This document shows positions 16,613-26,424 of a DNA stretch of 64,000 bases, piece after piece. The stretch comes from Gemmatimonadales bacterium (GTDB lineage: Bacteria; Gemmatimonadota; Gemmatimonadetes; Gemmatimonadales; GWC2-71-9). A program made the translations under genes and the position numbers. How positions within the stretch are numbered: position 1 is the stretch's first letter; every line of letters begins with the position of its first letter. Where the stretch lies: positions 384,001 to 448,000 of the forward strand of contig JBBCJC010000002.1 in NCBI GenBank assembly GCA_037189525.1, written 5' to 3'. The notes beneath the pieces are model-generated. The model was not told the DNA's origin, made no database searches, and saw only the letters and a program-made list of their open reading frames with translations.

Positions 16613-19255
16613 TTAGGAGGCCTCCGAACCGAGTTGTCGCTTGAGTTCGGCGAGCCGGTTGAGCGCTTCGAGCGGGGTCAAGGCATCGAGATCGAGGGTT
16701 TCGATGGCGCGCCGAATCGGATCGGTCGGGGCGGGCGCTGCGGACTTTGCGGCGCTCCGCTTGCGCTTGGTCCCGGCTTCCCCAAACAAGCCAAGCTGGC
16801 CTTCATCGATCCGCGCCGCCTCGCCGGGGACCATCCGGTGCTCGCTTTCCAGCGTGAGCAGCACCTCGCCGGCTCGGGCGACGACGGCGTCGGGAAGCCC
16901 CGCAAGCTGCGCAACGTGGATCCCGTAGGAGCGATCGGTGCCGCCGGCTTCGAGCCGGTGCAGGAAGACCACGGTGTCGCCCGTTTCCTTGACGGCCACG
17001 TTCATGTTGCGGGCGTGGGCCAGGCGTTCGGGGAGCTGCATCAGTTCGTGATAATGAGTCGCGAACATGGTTTTGCAGCCGACCCGGTCGTGCAGATGCT
17101 CCGTCACCGCCCACGCGATGGCCACGCCGTCGTAGGTCGAAGTGCCGCGGCCGATCTCGTCCAGCAACACCAGGCTCTGGGCGGTGGCGCTGTGCAGGAT
17201 GGCGCTGGTTTCGCTCATCTCGACCATGAAGGTCGACTGGCCGCGGGCCAGATTGTCGCTGGCCCCGACTCGGGTGAACAGCCGGTCGATGGTCCCGATG
17301 CTTGCTGCGGTGGCCGGCACGAAGGAGCCGAGCTGGGCCATCACGACGACCAGGCCGATCTGGCGCAGGATGGTCGACTTACCCGCCATGTTGGGACCGG
17401 TCACCAGTTGGACCCGGCTGGCGGCATCGAGATGGACATCGTTCGGAATGAAGGATTCCCGCGGCATCAGACGTTCGATGACCGGATGCCGGCTGGCGGT
17501 CAGGGTCAGATCGAACCCCTCGTCGACCACCGGACGCACATAACGATACTGGACCGCCAACTCGGCCAACCCGGTCCAGACGTCGAGATGCGCGAGGACT
17601 CCGGCGGTGCGCTGGATCCGCGCAATGGCGGCCCCCACCTGGCTGCGCAGCGCGCCGAACAACTCGGCCTCGCGCGCGACCATTCGCTCTTCCGCGCCGA
17701 GCACCTTGGCTTCGTACTCTTTGAGTTCCGGGGTGACGTAACGCTCCGCGGTGGCCAGGGTCTGGCGGCGTTCGTAGTCCGGCGGAATCCGGGCCGAGTG
17801 GGTCCGGGTGACCTCGATGAAGTAGCCGAAGACTTTGTTGTAGCCGATTTTGAGCGACCCGATGCCGGTCCGGTCCCGCTCCCGCTGCTGAATCGAGGCG
17901 ATGTACTGCTTGCCGCCGTCGCGCAGCTCACGCGACTCGTCCAGCTCGGCGTCGAACCCGGCGCGGATCACGCCGCCATCGGCCGGGTTGACCGGCGGGC
18001 GGTCTTCCAGGGCCGCCTCGAGTTCGGTGGTCAGATCTTCGAGCAGGTCGAGATCGCCGGTTAGCGTGGTGTACGGGTGCGCTGCGGGGCTGCCGGGTGG
18101 GATCAGCTGGGCCAGCGCCGCCGCAATGCGTGGCAAGCGCCTGAACGAATCACGCAGGGCGCCGAGTTCGCGGGGGTTGGCGCGTCCCGCGGCGGCGCGA
18201 CCGGCCAGGCGTTCCAGGTCGCGGACCCCGTCGAGCGCTTCCCGGGCCTCGGCGCGGGCGTTCGGCAGCCGCACGCCGCTTTCCACCGCATCGAGCCGGC
18301 GGTTGATCTCGGCGCTGTCTCGAAGGGGCGAGAGAATCCACTGGCGCAGCAACCGGGCCCCCATCGGAGTCATCGTCGCGTCGAGCGTTTCGAGCAACGT
18401 GACGCCTTTGGTGCCGGCCCGGAGCGGTTCGACCAGTTCCAGATTGCGGCGGGTCATCTCGTCGAGCCAGAGGTAGCGATCGGAGCGCCGGATGATGGGG
18501 CGTCGCAGATGGGCAAAGCCGCCGGGCTGGAGCTCGCCCAGATAGCGCAGCAGCGCGCCCGAGGCGCCGACAGCCGGGCCGTCGTCCGCCTCGATGCCGA
18601 GACCATCGAGCGAGGCCAGGCCGAAGCGCCGAGTCAGCTCCTCGCTCGCAAGCTCCGCATCGAACTCCCAGGCGTCGCGGAGCGTCTGCATCACATCGGT
18701 CGCGCCGAGCGCCTCGGCGACCGTGACGACTTCGGCGGGGGCCAGGCGGCCCAGGGCCTCGTCGATGCGGGCTCGGGGAATCGTCTCGAGCAGGAACTCG
18801 CCGGTCGAGAGGTCGATCGCGGCCAGGCCCGCGGGGCCATCGGGCCGATGCCGATCGCCGGGGTGGAGGGCGACCAGGAAGTTGTTACGCCCGCCGGGAA
18901 GCCAGTCCTCTTCGAGCAGCGCACCTGGCGTGACCGTCTCGACCACTTCACGACGGACGATGCCCTTGGCCTTCTTGGGATCCTCGACCTGCTCGCAGAT
19001 GGCCACCCGATGTCCGGCGGCCACCAGCTGCCGGAGATAGTCGGCGGCGGCTTTGACCGGCACCCCGGCGAGCGGGACGCCGTCGCCGCGGGCGGTCAGC
19101 GTGATGTTGAGGAGACGCGCCGCAAGCTCGGCATCGTCGAAGAACATTTCGTAGAAGTCGCCCATCCGGAAAAAGAGAATCTTGTCGCGGTGGCGCGACT
19201 TGATCTCCTGGTACTGCCGGAGGAGCGGGGTCCCATCGGTCAGCGACGCGGTCAC
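16613..19255 (-). CDS. mutS: DNA mismatch repair protein MutS
   Basis: TPLLRQY, FFRMGDFYEMF, TGPNMAGKST, STFMVEM, DEIGRGT, FATHYHEL, SYGIHVA, C-terminal clamp motif QLGLF. Confidence 0.98.
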   Translation of the reverse strand: MTASLTDGTPLLRQYQEIKSRHRDKILFFRMGDFYEMFFDDAELAARLLNITLTARGDGVPLAGVPVKAAADYLRQLVAAGHRVAICEQVEDPKKAKGIVRREVVETVTPGALLEEDWLPGGRNNFLVALHPGDRHRPDGPAGLAAIDLSTGEFLLETIPRARIDEALGRLAPAEVVTVAEALGATDVMQTLRDAWEFDAELASEELTRRFGLASLDGLGIEADDGPAVGASGALLRYLGELQPGGFAHLRRPIIRRSDRYLWLDEMTRRNLELVEPLRAGTKGVTLLETLDATMTPMGARLLRQWILSPLRDSAEINRRLDAVESGVRLPNARAEAREALDGVRDLERLAGRAAAGRANPRELGALRDSFRRLPRIAAALAQLIPPGSPAAHPYTTLTGDLDLLEDLTTELEAALEDRPPVNPADGGVIRAGFDAELDESRELRDGGKQYIASIQQRERDRTGIGSLKIGYNKVFGYFIEVTRTHSARIPPDYERRQTLATAERYVTPELKEYEAKVLGAEERMVAREAELFGALRSQVGAAIARIQRTAGVLAHLDVWTGLAELAVQYRYVRPVVDEGFDLTLTASRHPVIERLMPRESFIPNDVHLDAASRVQLVTGPNMAGKSTILRQIGLVVVMAQLGSFVPATAASIGTIDRLFTRVGASDNLARGQSTFMVEMSETSAILHSATAQSLVLLDEIGRGTSTYDGVAIAWAVTEHLHDRVGCKTMFATHYHELMQLPERLAHARNMNVAVKETGDTVVFLHRLEAGGTDRSYGIHVAQLAGLPDAVVARAGEVLLTLESEHRMVPGEAARIDEGQLGLFGEAGTKRKRSAAKSAAPAPTDPIRRAIETLDLDALTPLEALNRLAELKRQLGSEAS

Positions 19256-20139
19256 TGGTCCGCAACGATGAAGGGCTGCCCGCCGAGCTGAGAGCGGATC
19301 TTCGCCAGAGCCTGATTGGCCAGGGCGCGGGTGGCGAACGGTCCGGCTCGCACTTTGAAGAAGCCCCCTTCGCGTACCACGGTTGCTTCGTAGCCGATGC
19401 CTTTGAGCCGGGTGACCTGGCGATTGGCTGCCGTCTGATCCGGCGCGGCAATGACCTGGACCCGGAAACCGCCGCGAGCCGGTGCCGCCGCGGGAGCGGG
19501 TGCGGGAGGCGGTGCCGGCGTGGCTCGATTGGCGGCGGTCGACTCGGCCGGCGCCGCGGGATCGACGCCCTGGGCCTGGATCGATCCGCAGCGCTGTTTC
19601 TGGAACTCGAGCTGGTTGCGGAGTTCGATGTCATCGGGTCGCGCGGCCAGGCCTGCGTCGGCCAGGCGGCAGGCTTCGACGCCGTTGCGCAGATCGCCGG
19701 CGGCACGGGCACCCCAGAACGCTCCGACCGCGCGGAGCGGGCTCGACGGATAGTCGGCCAGCAGGCGGGTGATTTGGGAGACCGACGCGCCCGGGTTGCC
19801 GCTGGCGTATTCGACCTGGGCCAGCAACAGGAGGGCGTCGTCGGCCCATTCGGAGGTCGAGTACTCCACGATGACGCGGCGCAGCGCAATCCGCCGGTCG
19901 AACTCGGTGGCGGCGACGAGGCCGGACGTATAGAGCGCTTCCGCATAGAGGTTGTCGCCCGGATCGGTCCGATCGAGCAGCGCCCGCACTGCGGCACGCG
20001 CGGAATCGGCGTGTCCGTCCTGGGCCAGCTGGACGGCGGATACCAGCTGCGGATTGGTCTGAGCGTTCGCGGCAATCGGCATCACGATTGCGAACATCAA
20101 TGCGAGAATGCCGAGCGGCATCAGGCGGCGCGTTGCCAT
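19252..20139 (-). CDS. Exported TPR-like plus SPOR (peptidoglycan-binding) domain protein
   Basis: Signal peptide, helical repeats (WADDALL, DYPSSP), Pro/Ala linker, and SPOR GFRVQVIA...FKVRAGPF. Alternative start at 20121. Confidence 0.85.
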   Translation of the reverse strand: MATRRLMPLGILALMFAIVMPIAANAQTNPQLVSAVQLAQDGHADSARAAVRALLDRTDPGDNLYAEALYTSGLVAATEFDRRIALRRVIVEYSTSEWADDALLLLAQVEYASGNPGASVSQITRLLADYPSSPLRAVGAFWGARAAGDLRNGVEACRLADAGLAARPDDIELRNQLEFQKQRCGSIQAQGVDPAAPAESTAANRATPAPPPAPAPAAAPARGGFRVQVIAAPDQTAANRQVTRLKGIGYEATVVREGGFFKVRAGPFATRALANQALAKIRSQLGGQPFIVADQ

Positions 20140-21173
20140 GGCACGGACATCTCCATCACGAGGTCGAACAGAATGGCGCCTTCGTCGGACACGGCGGTGT
20201 TCTTGAGCCGTTCGTCGGCCCGGCGGAGCGCAGCTAGCGCACGCTCGATCCGCTGGCGGCTCCAATCGGGTGCGAGCCGGCTCCACTGCGCCGACGCCGC
20301 GTCATAGGAAACCCGGGCCGGGCGGGCGCGAAAGAGCGACCCTTTGACGGCCTGGACCAGCGTGGACGAGCGCGCCCCGCGATCGTAGTGCGCGCGCGCG
20401 AGTCCCACGCCGACTACGCTGGTGCCCAGCAGGCTCACGAGGGAAACCCCCGACACCCCCGACTGCGCCAGCAGGTGCGGAATCATGGCGGCGGCCGCGC
20501 CGGCTTCGCTGCGCAGCACGGCGTCGCGCCAGTCGTACTGGGTTTCACCGTGCCGCACGCCCAGAAAATCCGAGACCCGCTCGACCGTCAGCGGACCGGC
20601 GTTACTGAGTCCGGCGAGTTTGTCCAGCTCGCTCCGCAGCGCTGCCAGGCTGGCGTCGGTGACGCGCACCATGTGGAGCGCGGCGTCATCGTCGATGCTG
20701 AGGCCGAGGCGTTCGGCCTGCAGCAACAACCATTTCTTGGCGCGTTCGGGCGGGAGCGGGTCGGCCGACACCGTCGTGGTCCGCTTGGCCAGCTCCGCAT
20801 CGGCGTCCGGGTCGGCCGAGCCCTGGACCAGGACCAGCACCGTTTCGGCGGCCGGGCGTTCCAGGTACTTGAGCACGGCCGTCTTGGCTTTGGCGCGTTT
20901 GGCCCAGCTTTCGACGTCGCGGATGATCACCACCCGCCGGTCGGACATCATCGGCAGGGTGTTGCAGAGCGTTTCGGCGTCTTCGGGGTCGAGGGTCGCG
21001 GCCGACCGCTGATCGAAATTGAAGTCCTTGAGCGACGGATCGAGGGCGCGGGACACCAGTTCCCCGATGGCCTCTTCCTTGAGCACGTCTTCGGTGCCGT
21101 GGAGGTAGAGGGCCGTCGGGAACTCTCCCTTTCGGAGTGCCTTGAAGAGTTGATCGAACCCCTGGGTTGCCAT
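20121..21173 (-). CDS. holA: DNA polymerase III delta subunit
   Basis: YLHGTED, DFNF, TLPMMSDRRVVII, ELDKL, ADERLK; 350 aa. Confidence 0.9.
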   Translation of the reverse strand: MATQGFDQLFKALRKGEFPTALYLHGTEDVLKEEAIGELVSRALDPSLKDFNFDQRSAATLDPEDAETLCNTLPMMSDRRVVIIRDVESWAKRAKAKTAVLKYLERPAAETVLVLVQGSADPDADAELAKRTTTVSADPLPPERAKKWLLLQAERLGLSIDDDAALHMVRVTDASLAALRSELDKLAGLSNAGPLTVERVSDFLGVRHGETQYDWRDAVLRSEAGAAAAMIPHLLAQSGVSGVSLVSLLGTSVVGVGLARAHYDRGARSSTLVQAVKGSLFRARPARVSYDAASAQWSRLAPDWSRQRIERALAALRRADERLKNTAVSDEGAILFDLVMEMSVPWQRAA

Positions 21174-21259
21174 GAACCGTTTCCCGCGCGTGCGTGCCCG
21201 ACAGATCGACGCCGCAATCTAAGCCCGATCCGAGCGCGGGACGAGGCGACCCGCGCGGC

Positions 21260-21796
21260 TCAGACGCGCAGGAAGCTCTGCACGAACATCAAGGCGGTCA
21301 ACGACTTGGCATCGCAGATCTCGCGGCGGCGAATCATCTGGCCGATCGCGGACCAGCGGAACTCGTGCACCGTGATGAACTCGTCGGCTTCGGGGGCCGC
21401 CTGGGCCGGGACGAGGTCGGTGGCCAGGTAGAGATGGATCGACTCATCGGTAAAACCGGGAGCGGTGAAAATCGCGGTGAGATGGGTCAGGGTACCGGCC
21501 TGATAACCGGCCTCCTCGATCAGTTCGCGATGGGCGCAGGCCTCGGGTTGCTCGCCGGGGGACAGGGTGCCGGCCGGGATCTCCCAGATGTAGCCGTCCG
21601 TCGCGTGGCGGAACTGCCGGATCAGGAGAATCCTCGGATCTGGATCGCTGACCGGGTCCAGCATTGGGATGACGGCTGCGGCACCCGGGTGCCGGATCAT
21701 GTCGAGGGTTCCCCTGGTCCCGTTTGGAAACTCGACCTGGTCGACATCGACGGCAATGACTCGTCCGGTATGGACGCGGGAGGACTTGATCAGCAT
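21260..21796 (-). CDS. NUDIX hydrolase, ADP-ribose pyrophosphatase-like
   Basis: HPGAAAV, QFRH, WEIPAG...ACAHRELIEEAG (Nudix box), PGFTDE, DAKS. Confidence 0.92.
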   Translation of the reverse strand: MLIKSSRVHTGRVIAVDVDQVEFPNGTRGTLDMIRHPGAAAVIPMLDPVSDPDPRILLIRQFRHATDGYIWEIPAGTLSPGEQPEACAHRELIEEAGYQAGTLTHLTAIFTAPGFTDESIHLYLATDLVPAQAAPEADEFITVHEFRWSAIGQMIRRREICDAKSLTALMFVQSFLRV

Positions 21797-21821
21797 AGGC
21801 GTAGTACTTGATACTACTCTG

Positions 21822-22424
21822 TTAGAGGATGGTACGAAGCCAGATATACGGAATTTTGAGCGTTTCGAGCAGGAGGTAGCGAATCTCTCCGGCGCTGCCC
21901 GGGATGATCGGGCTCCGGGTGACCGGGGAGGTATAGGCGGTCAGCCCGACCCGATAGGCCTCCAGCCGCAGCCGGCCCAGGTGAAACCCATCGCTCACCA
22001 GGAGGACCGAACTGATCCCGGCCTGGTCGGCCCAATCGCCGAGGGCCCGGATCGATGCTTCGGTCGACTGCCCCTGAGGCAGTTCGACGATGGCCGATTC
22101 CGGAATGCCGGCCGCCATCAGCGAGCGGCGCTGCACCCGCGCTTCGCTCTCGCTGTCGCCGGGGTGGGTTCCTCCGGTAACGACGATCGACGGCGCCAGG
22201 CCTTCGCCGAAGAGCATGTGGGCGTGGTCGATCCGCGCCTGCAGCACCGGCGACGGGCGCCCGTTGTAGTGGGCCGCGCCCAGCACGACGATGGCGCCGG
22301 CTGCGCGGCGCTGGTCGACTCGGCTGGCGCGCCAGACCCATGTGAAGATGCCCAGGTAGCAGACGCCGGCGACCAGGATTGCGCGCCAGACCCAGCGGAG
22401 TGGCGACCGGCGGCGACGGCTCAC
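21822..22424 (-). CDS. YdcF/DUF218 (ElyC/SanA-like) family protein
   Basis: N-terminal TM, AIVVLGA, VVTGG, SEA, ST, LVSDGFHL.R. Confidence 0.88.
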   Translation of the reverse strand: MSRRRRSPLRWVWRAILVAGVCYLGIFTWVWRASRVDQRRAAGAIVVLGAAHYNGRPSPVLQARIDHAHMLFGEGLAPSIVVTGGTHPGDSESEARVQRRSLMAAGIPESAIVELPQGQSTEASIRALGDWADQAGISSVLLVSDGFHLGRLRLEAYRVGLTAYTSPVTRSPIIPGSAGEIRYLLLETLKIPYIWLRTIL

Positions 22425-23815
22425 AGCACGAACGACTCGCCCAGGCGGGGGATGGTGACCTCACCGACGCCGTTCTCGAGCAGCAAGGTGCGCATGGCCT
22501 CCGCGGCGTCCGGCTCGCCGTGGACCACGAAGGCGCGTTTGACCGGACCACCCAGGGCCTTGACCCAATCGCGCAGTTCGTTGCGATCGGCGTGGGCGGA
22601 GTAACCTCCGATGGTCTCGACTTCGGCGCGTCGGGCCACGGTTTCGCCGAAGATTTTGACCTCGGTCGCCCCGTCCTGAAGCCGCCGGCCCAGCGTGTGC
22701 TCGGCCTGAAAGCCGATGAACAGCACCAGGTTGCGGTGGTCGCCGAGGTGGTTGCCCAGGTGATGGAGAATCCGTCCAGCCTCCGCCATGCCGGACGCCG
22801 AGATGATGATGGCGGGGCCGGTGAGGCTGTTGAGCCGCTTCGAGTCGTTCACGTCGCGGATGTACTGGAGCAGCGGGAAATCGAAAATGCTGTCCATCCG
22901 CTCGATCAGCTTTTCCCGCCGATCGAATACCTCGGGGTGCATCCGAAATACCGTCGTGGCGTCGACGGCCAGCGGACTGTCGACGAAGACGGGTATGCTC
23001 GGAATGGCGCCCGCGCGATAGAGCTGATGGATCGAGTAGACGACTTCCTGGGTGCGGCCGACGGCAAAGGCCGGAATCAGGATCTTGCCGCCGCGGGCCG
23101 CTACGCGCCGGATGGTCTCGCCCAGATGCTGCTCCGCCTGGTCCGTAGACTCGTGATCGCGGTTGGCGTAGGTCGACTCGATGATCAGCGTATCGACCGG
23201 GCCGACCGGCGGATCGGGATCCCGGATGATGGGTAGGTTTTTGCGGCCGATGTCACCCGAAAAGACGATCCGGTGCCCGCCCTCTTCGGTGACGCGGATG
23301 TTGACGGACGCGGAGCCCAGGATGTGTCCGGCGTCCGTGAACTCGAAGGCGAGGTGTTTCCGGAGATGGTTGACCCGCCGATAGGGCTGGCCGACGATCA
23401 GATCCTGCACGGCAACCGCATCGGCCAGATTGTAGAGCGGCTGGCTCTCGGCGCCGAGCGTCTTGCCGTGGCGCGCCAGGTACTCGGCATCCTTCATCTG
23501 GATATGGGCCGAGTCGGGCAGCATGATGGCGCAGAGATCCCGCGAGGCGGGGGTGGTGTAGATCGGGCCGTGAAAGCCGTGGCGAACCAGGAGCGGCAGG
23601 CGGCCGGCATGATCGATGTGGGCGTGGCTCAGGATGATGGCGTCGATCCGTCGCGGATCGAACGGCAGCTCCGCATTTTTCTTGGCGGCTTCGGCGCGGC
23701 GTCCCTGGAACAGCCCCGCATCGAGGAGAAAACGGCCGCCGGCCGCTTCGAGAAGGTGCATCGAGCCGGTCACCTCACCGGCGGCGCCCCAGAACGTCAG
23801 GCGAATCCCACTCAC
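22421..23815 (-). CDS. MBL-fold beta-CASP ribonuclease-like protein
   Basis: GAAGEVTGS, SHAHIDH, AGHILGS, FSGD, ESTY, FAVGRTQE, SGM, SAHAD, VHGE. Confidence 0.93.
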   Translation of the reverse strand: MSGIRLTFWGAAGEVTGSMHLLEAAGGRFLLDAGLFQGRRAEAAKKNAELPFDPRRIDAIILSHAHIDHAGRLPLLVRHGFHGPIYTTPASRDLCAIMLPDSAHIQMKDAEYLARHGKTLGAESQPLYNLADAVAVQDLIVGQPYRRVNHLRKHLAFEFTDAGHILGSASVNIRVTEEGGHRIVFSGDIGRKNLPIIRDPDPPVGPVDTLIIESTYANRDHESTDQAEQHLGETIRRVAARGGKILIPAFAVGRTQEVVYSIHQLYRAGAIPSIPVFVDSPLAVDATTVFRMHPEVFDRREKLIERMDSIFDFPLLQYIRDVNDSKRLNSLTGPAIIISASGMAEAGRILHHLGNHLGDHRNLVLFIGFQAEHTLGRRLQDGATEVKIFGETVARRAEVETIGGYSAHADRNELRDWVKALGGPVKRAFVVHGEPDAAEAMRTLLLENGVGEVTIPRLGESFVL

Positions 23816-23857
23816 TCGCTACCTCGCGTCGTCAGAAAAAATCACGTCATGACCCGA

Positions 23858-24499
23858 TCAACGGGTCCCGAACAACCGATCGCCGACATCACCCAGCCCA
23901 GGCAGGATGTACGCCATCTGGTTGAGCTTGCGATCGAGCGCTGCCGTATACACCGCGACATCCGGATGCGCAGCGCCGAGTGCCTGCACGCCTTCGGGAG
24001 CGGCCACCAGGCAGAGTAATCGGATTCGGGTGGCGCCGCTTCGTTTGAGTTGCGTGACGGCCGCAATCGCCGACCCGCCGGTGGCCAGCATCGGGTCGAG
24101 GACATAGATATCGCGCGTCTCGTCCGCGGGCCCCTTGAAATAGTAGCTCACCGGCTCGAGCGTATCGTGATCCCGATAGAGTCCGATGTGCCCAACCCGG
24201 GCCGACGGGATCAGCTGCAAGATTCCGTCCACCATCCCGAGCCCCGCGCGGAGAATGGGCACCAGCATGAGCTTCTTGCCGGCCACGCGGGTTCCGGTCA
24301 TCGACTCCAGGGGCGTGGTGACCTCGACGGGCTCGGTGGGTAAATCGCGGGTGACCTCATAGGTCATCAGCATCGCGATCTCCCCCAGGAGCTGCCGAAA
24401 GTTCTTGGTCGCGGTGGATCGGTCCCGCATGATCGTCAGTTTATGCCGGATCAGGGGGTGGTCCAGGACGGTCAGATTGGGATGGTCGGGATGGGGCAT
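23858..24499 (-). CDS. upp: Uracil phosphoribosyltransferase
   Basis: [48 protein letters not shown]. Confidence 0.98.
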   Translation of the reverse strand: MPHPDHPNLTVLDHPLIRHKLTIMRDRSTATKNFRQLLGEIAMLMTYEVTRDLPTEPVEVTTPLESMTGTRVAGKKLMLVPILRAGLGMVDGILQLIPSARVGHIGLYRDHDTLEPVSYYFKGPADETRDIYVLDPMLATGGSAIAAVTQLKRSGATRIRLLCLVAAPEGVQALGAAHPDVAVYTAALDRKLNQMAYILPGLGDVGDRLFGTR

Positions 24500-24658
24500 T
24501 CGGGGAATATACCGGTGCTTTCTGGCGATGGTGTGACGCGCCCCGGAGCCCGGCCCGGCCGGCGTGGCGCAAATCTGGCGGGGTGGCGCGTCGTAGTGTT
24601 TGGATCCAACTTCGAAGATTCAGTCCTGTCCATGCCCAGGCCAAAGGAGGCTCAGATC

Positions 24659-25672
24659 ATGGTTCCTCGTCTCGTCGCCGTCCTGCTGATCGGGGCGGTG
24701 CTGCCGGTGGCGGCGCAGCCCAATCCCTTCAAGATTCCCGCGAACCGCGTCACCGCCACGATTGCGTATCAGCTGGGGGGCGATCAGACCGGCACCGCCC
24801 AGGTCGCGATCGACGGCGCCCGGTTCATGAGCCGATCCGAGGCTACCATGAAGATGATGGGCCGGTCGGACAAGTCGACGACGTGGTCGCTGATGACGGC
24901 CGATTCGCTGTACACCGCCGACCTCCAAAAGCAGGAAGGCTATGTCGGTCCGAATCTGCTGCCGTACTACGCCAAAGCGTACGATGCGCTCGACGGGGCG
25001 GGCAAGCGGCGCTTCCACGACAACGTCGGGGAAATGGGCGCCATGATGTCGAAAGTGTTCGACATGAAAACGTTCGGCTCCGTGGGTGAGAAGCGCGGCG
25101 AGCAGACCATTGCCGGCGAGGTGTGCGAGAACCACGAGTTCGGTGGCTTCGTGATCTGTTCGATGAAGAAGGCGCCGCAGATCGCGCTGCACACCAAGGG
25201 GAGCGTGGTCTGTTTCGAGATGGAGCAAACGGCGACGTCGGTCTCGCTGGCAGCACCGGCGGGGGATGCCTTTGCCGTGCCGGCCGGGATTCGCTTCAAA
25301 CCGATGCCGGGAACGGAGAACCCGGATTCCGCGGCCCGCGGCCTGGTGGGATATCTGGCGAGCGAACAACTGGCCGATTCGATTCAGGCGGCCAAGGCCG
25401 AGCTGGAAAAGGCAAAGACGGATGCCGCGGCCAAGGGGCAGCCGACGGAAATGACACCCGAGCAGCAGGCGCAGATGAAGCAGGCCTGTGAGTTCATCAA
25501 GAATGTCGACGTGGGTCAGGTCATGGCCAACGCCTTGAGCTCGTTCGCGGATGAACTCAAGCAGGAGGCGGTCAATGCGGCCAAGGACGCGGCCAACAGC
25601 GCCGCGAGCGATGCCAAGGCAGATGCCAAACGCCGGGTGCGGGGGTTGATCCGACGCCCGCGGATACCCTGA
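24659..25672 (+). CDS. Hypothetical exported protein (DUF4412-like appearance)
   Basis: AGGAGG ribosome-binding site, signal peptide MVPRLVAVLLIGAVLPVAA, GEQTIAGEVC motif, helical Ala/Lys-rich tail. Confidence 0.7.
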   Translation: MVPRLVAVLLIGAVLPVAAQPNPFKIPANRVTATIAYQLGGDQTGTAQVAIDGARFMSRSEATMKMMGRSDKSTTWSLMTADSLYTADLQKQEGYVGPNLLPYYAKAYDALDGAGKRRFHDNVGEMGAMMSKVFDMKTFGSVGEKRGEQTIAGEVCENHEFGGFVICSMKKAPQIALHTKGSVVCFEMEQTATSVSLAAPAGDAFAVPAGIRFKPMPGTENPDSAARGLVGYLASEQLADSIQAAKAELEKAKTDAAAKGQPTEMTPEQQAQMKQACEFIKNVDVGQVMANALSSFADELKQEAVNAAKDAANSAASDAKADAKRRVRGLIRRPRIP

Positions 25673-25680
25673 GCGGGTCG

Positions 25681-26418
25681 ATGACCGGGCGGCACCTCTG
25701 GATCGTGGCGCTGCTGGCGCTCGGTGCGGACGATGCCGCCGCCCAGTGGCGTTCGCGGTGGCGTGTCGAGCCCGAGCCGAACATCGGTTACGACGGTCGT
25801 TACACTTTCGTGCGGCTCCGCTACGGGCCCAACGGCCCGCCGGGCTGGTCCTTCGACTACCCGGCCATGGAACGCAACTTCATGACCATCCTGGCCGACC
25901 TCACCACGGCCAATCCGCATCTGCGGCGCAGCAATGTGCTCGACATGGACGACCCCGAGCTGTTCAAGTACTCGGTGGCCTACCTTTCGGAACCCGGATA
26001 TTGGGTGCCGACCGATTCCGAAGCCGCCGGCCTCCGCGAGTGGCTGGGCAAGGGCGGATTTCTCATCGTCGATGATTTTCTGCTGGGGCAGTGGGCCAAC
26101 TTCGAGCGCTCGATGCGGCGGGTGCTCCCGTTTGCGCAGCTGGTGCCGCTCGAGGTCTCGCATCCGATCTTCAACGCCTTCTTCCGGATCGAGACGCTGG
26201 ACGGGATGACCCACCCGTCCAGCCGGTCTGCCAAGGCGCAGTATCTCGGCATTTACGAGAACAACGATCCGTCCCGCCGGCTGCTCGCGATCATCAATTA
26301 CAACAACGACATCGGCGACTATATGGAGTGGTCGGGCGAGGGATGGTACCCGGTCAACCTGTCCAACGACGCCTACAAGCTGGCCACCAACTACATCGTC
26401 TACGCGCTGACCCACTGA
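25681..26418 (+). CDS. DUF4159 domain protein
   Basis: FVRLRY, WSFDYP, LREWLGKGGFLIVDDF, HPIF, NNDIGDY, NYIVYALTH. Confidence 0.88.
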   Translation: MTGRHLWIVALLALGADDAAAQWRSRWRVEPEPNIGYDGRYTFVRLRYGPNGPPGWSFDYPAMERNFMTILADLTTANPHLRRSNVLDMDDPELFKYSVAYLSEPGYWVPTDSEAAGLREWLGKGGFLIVDDFLLGQWANFERSMRRVLPFAQLVPLEVSHPIFNAFFRIETLDGMTHPSSRSAKAQYLGIYENNDPSRRLLAIINYNNDIGDYMEWSGEGWYPVNLSNDAYKLATNYIVYALTH

Positions 26419-26424
26419 CGGGGT

